A stretch of DNA of 59,269 nucleotides from a virus (taxonomy: Duplodnaviria; Caudoviricetes). A model generated the notes under the pieces. The model saw nothing but the letters and a program-made list of their open reading frames with translations, had not been told where the DNA came from and did no database searches. Positions 59,007 to 59,269 of the stretch are shown piece after piece. The stretch lies in IMG/VR virus record IMGVR_UViG_3300028581_003812, positions 1 through 59,269 of that record; one strand, 5' to 3'. Made by a program: the position numbers and the translations under genes. The first letter of the stretch is position 1. Each line of letters begins with the position of its first letter.

Positions 59007-59269
59007 ATGCAACCGTACGTTTTTAGAGTCTTGCAGCATCCAGGCGTGGTAGCCTCCACACCTATCTTACCCAGTCAAACACCAACCATGACTCCACCTG
59101 CCGGGTCACCCACCCCCACCCCTACCCCCACAGTCACTATCACGTTAACCAAGACTAACGAGCCAACACCTACACCTACAACAACACCCACCACGACACC
59201 CACAGTAACCCTTACAAATACACCTACAACCACACCTACACCCACTGGAACACCACTAATTTACTTAAA
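59007..59269 (+). CDS. Thr/Pro-rich (mucin-like) late protein, 3'-truncated
   Basis: Not in the ORF track. ATG 59007 follows TAAATA; MQPYVFRVLQHPGVVASTP...[33 protein letters not shown]... is open to the window end. Confidence 0.75.
   Translation, partial: MQPYVFRVLQHPGVVASTPILPSQTPTMTPPAGSPTPTPTPTVTITLTKTNEPTPTPTTTPTTTPTVTLTNTPTTTPTPTGTPLIYL

Noticed and set aside
1-59269. tRNA, rRNA, integrase, transposase or homing endonuclease genes
   Set aside because: Intergenic gaps are almost all under about 70 nt and no such motifs were recognised by eye; tRNAscan/Infernal would be needed to exclude them formally.

Overview
This window is a 59-kb piece of an AT-rich, T4-like (myovirus) bacteriophage genome. 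It holds replication genes (gp41 helicase, gp59-like loader, gp32 SSB, gp45 clamp, gp61 primase, gp44 clamp loader, dUTPase), packaging genes (gp17, a distant gp16-like gene), neck/tail/baseplate genes and several large virion or fibre proteins. Accessory genes include QueC plus a class II glutamine amidotransferase, ribosomal protein bS21 and a nucleotide-sugar epimerase/reductase. A six-gene glycosyltransferase/methyltransferase cluster led by a GT60-type polypeptide GlcNAc-transferase sits between genes for Thr/Pro-rich mucin-like virion proteins. Four observations stand out. (1) A candidate phage-encoded mucin-type O-glycosylation system for the virion. (2) Apparently leaderless translation across the window: the late motif TAA(A/G)TA lies exactly 5 nt before 16 start codons and sigma70-type -10 boxes lie 6-7 nt before early starts, in a phage carrying its own bS21. 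(3) The amidotransferase must start at an ATT codon behind a perfect Shine-Dalgarno. (4) A dispersed family of proteins shares an N-terminal MAD(V/I)xISxL anchor but carries different tips (C1q, glycine-rich, and a split BspA-LRR adhesin). All functional calls come from motif recognition by eye; no database searches were run. I saw no tRNA, rRNA, CRISPR array, integrase or transposase.
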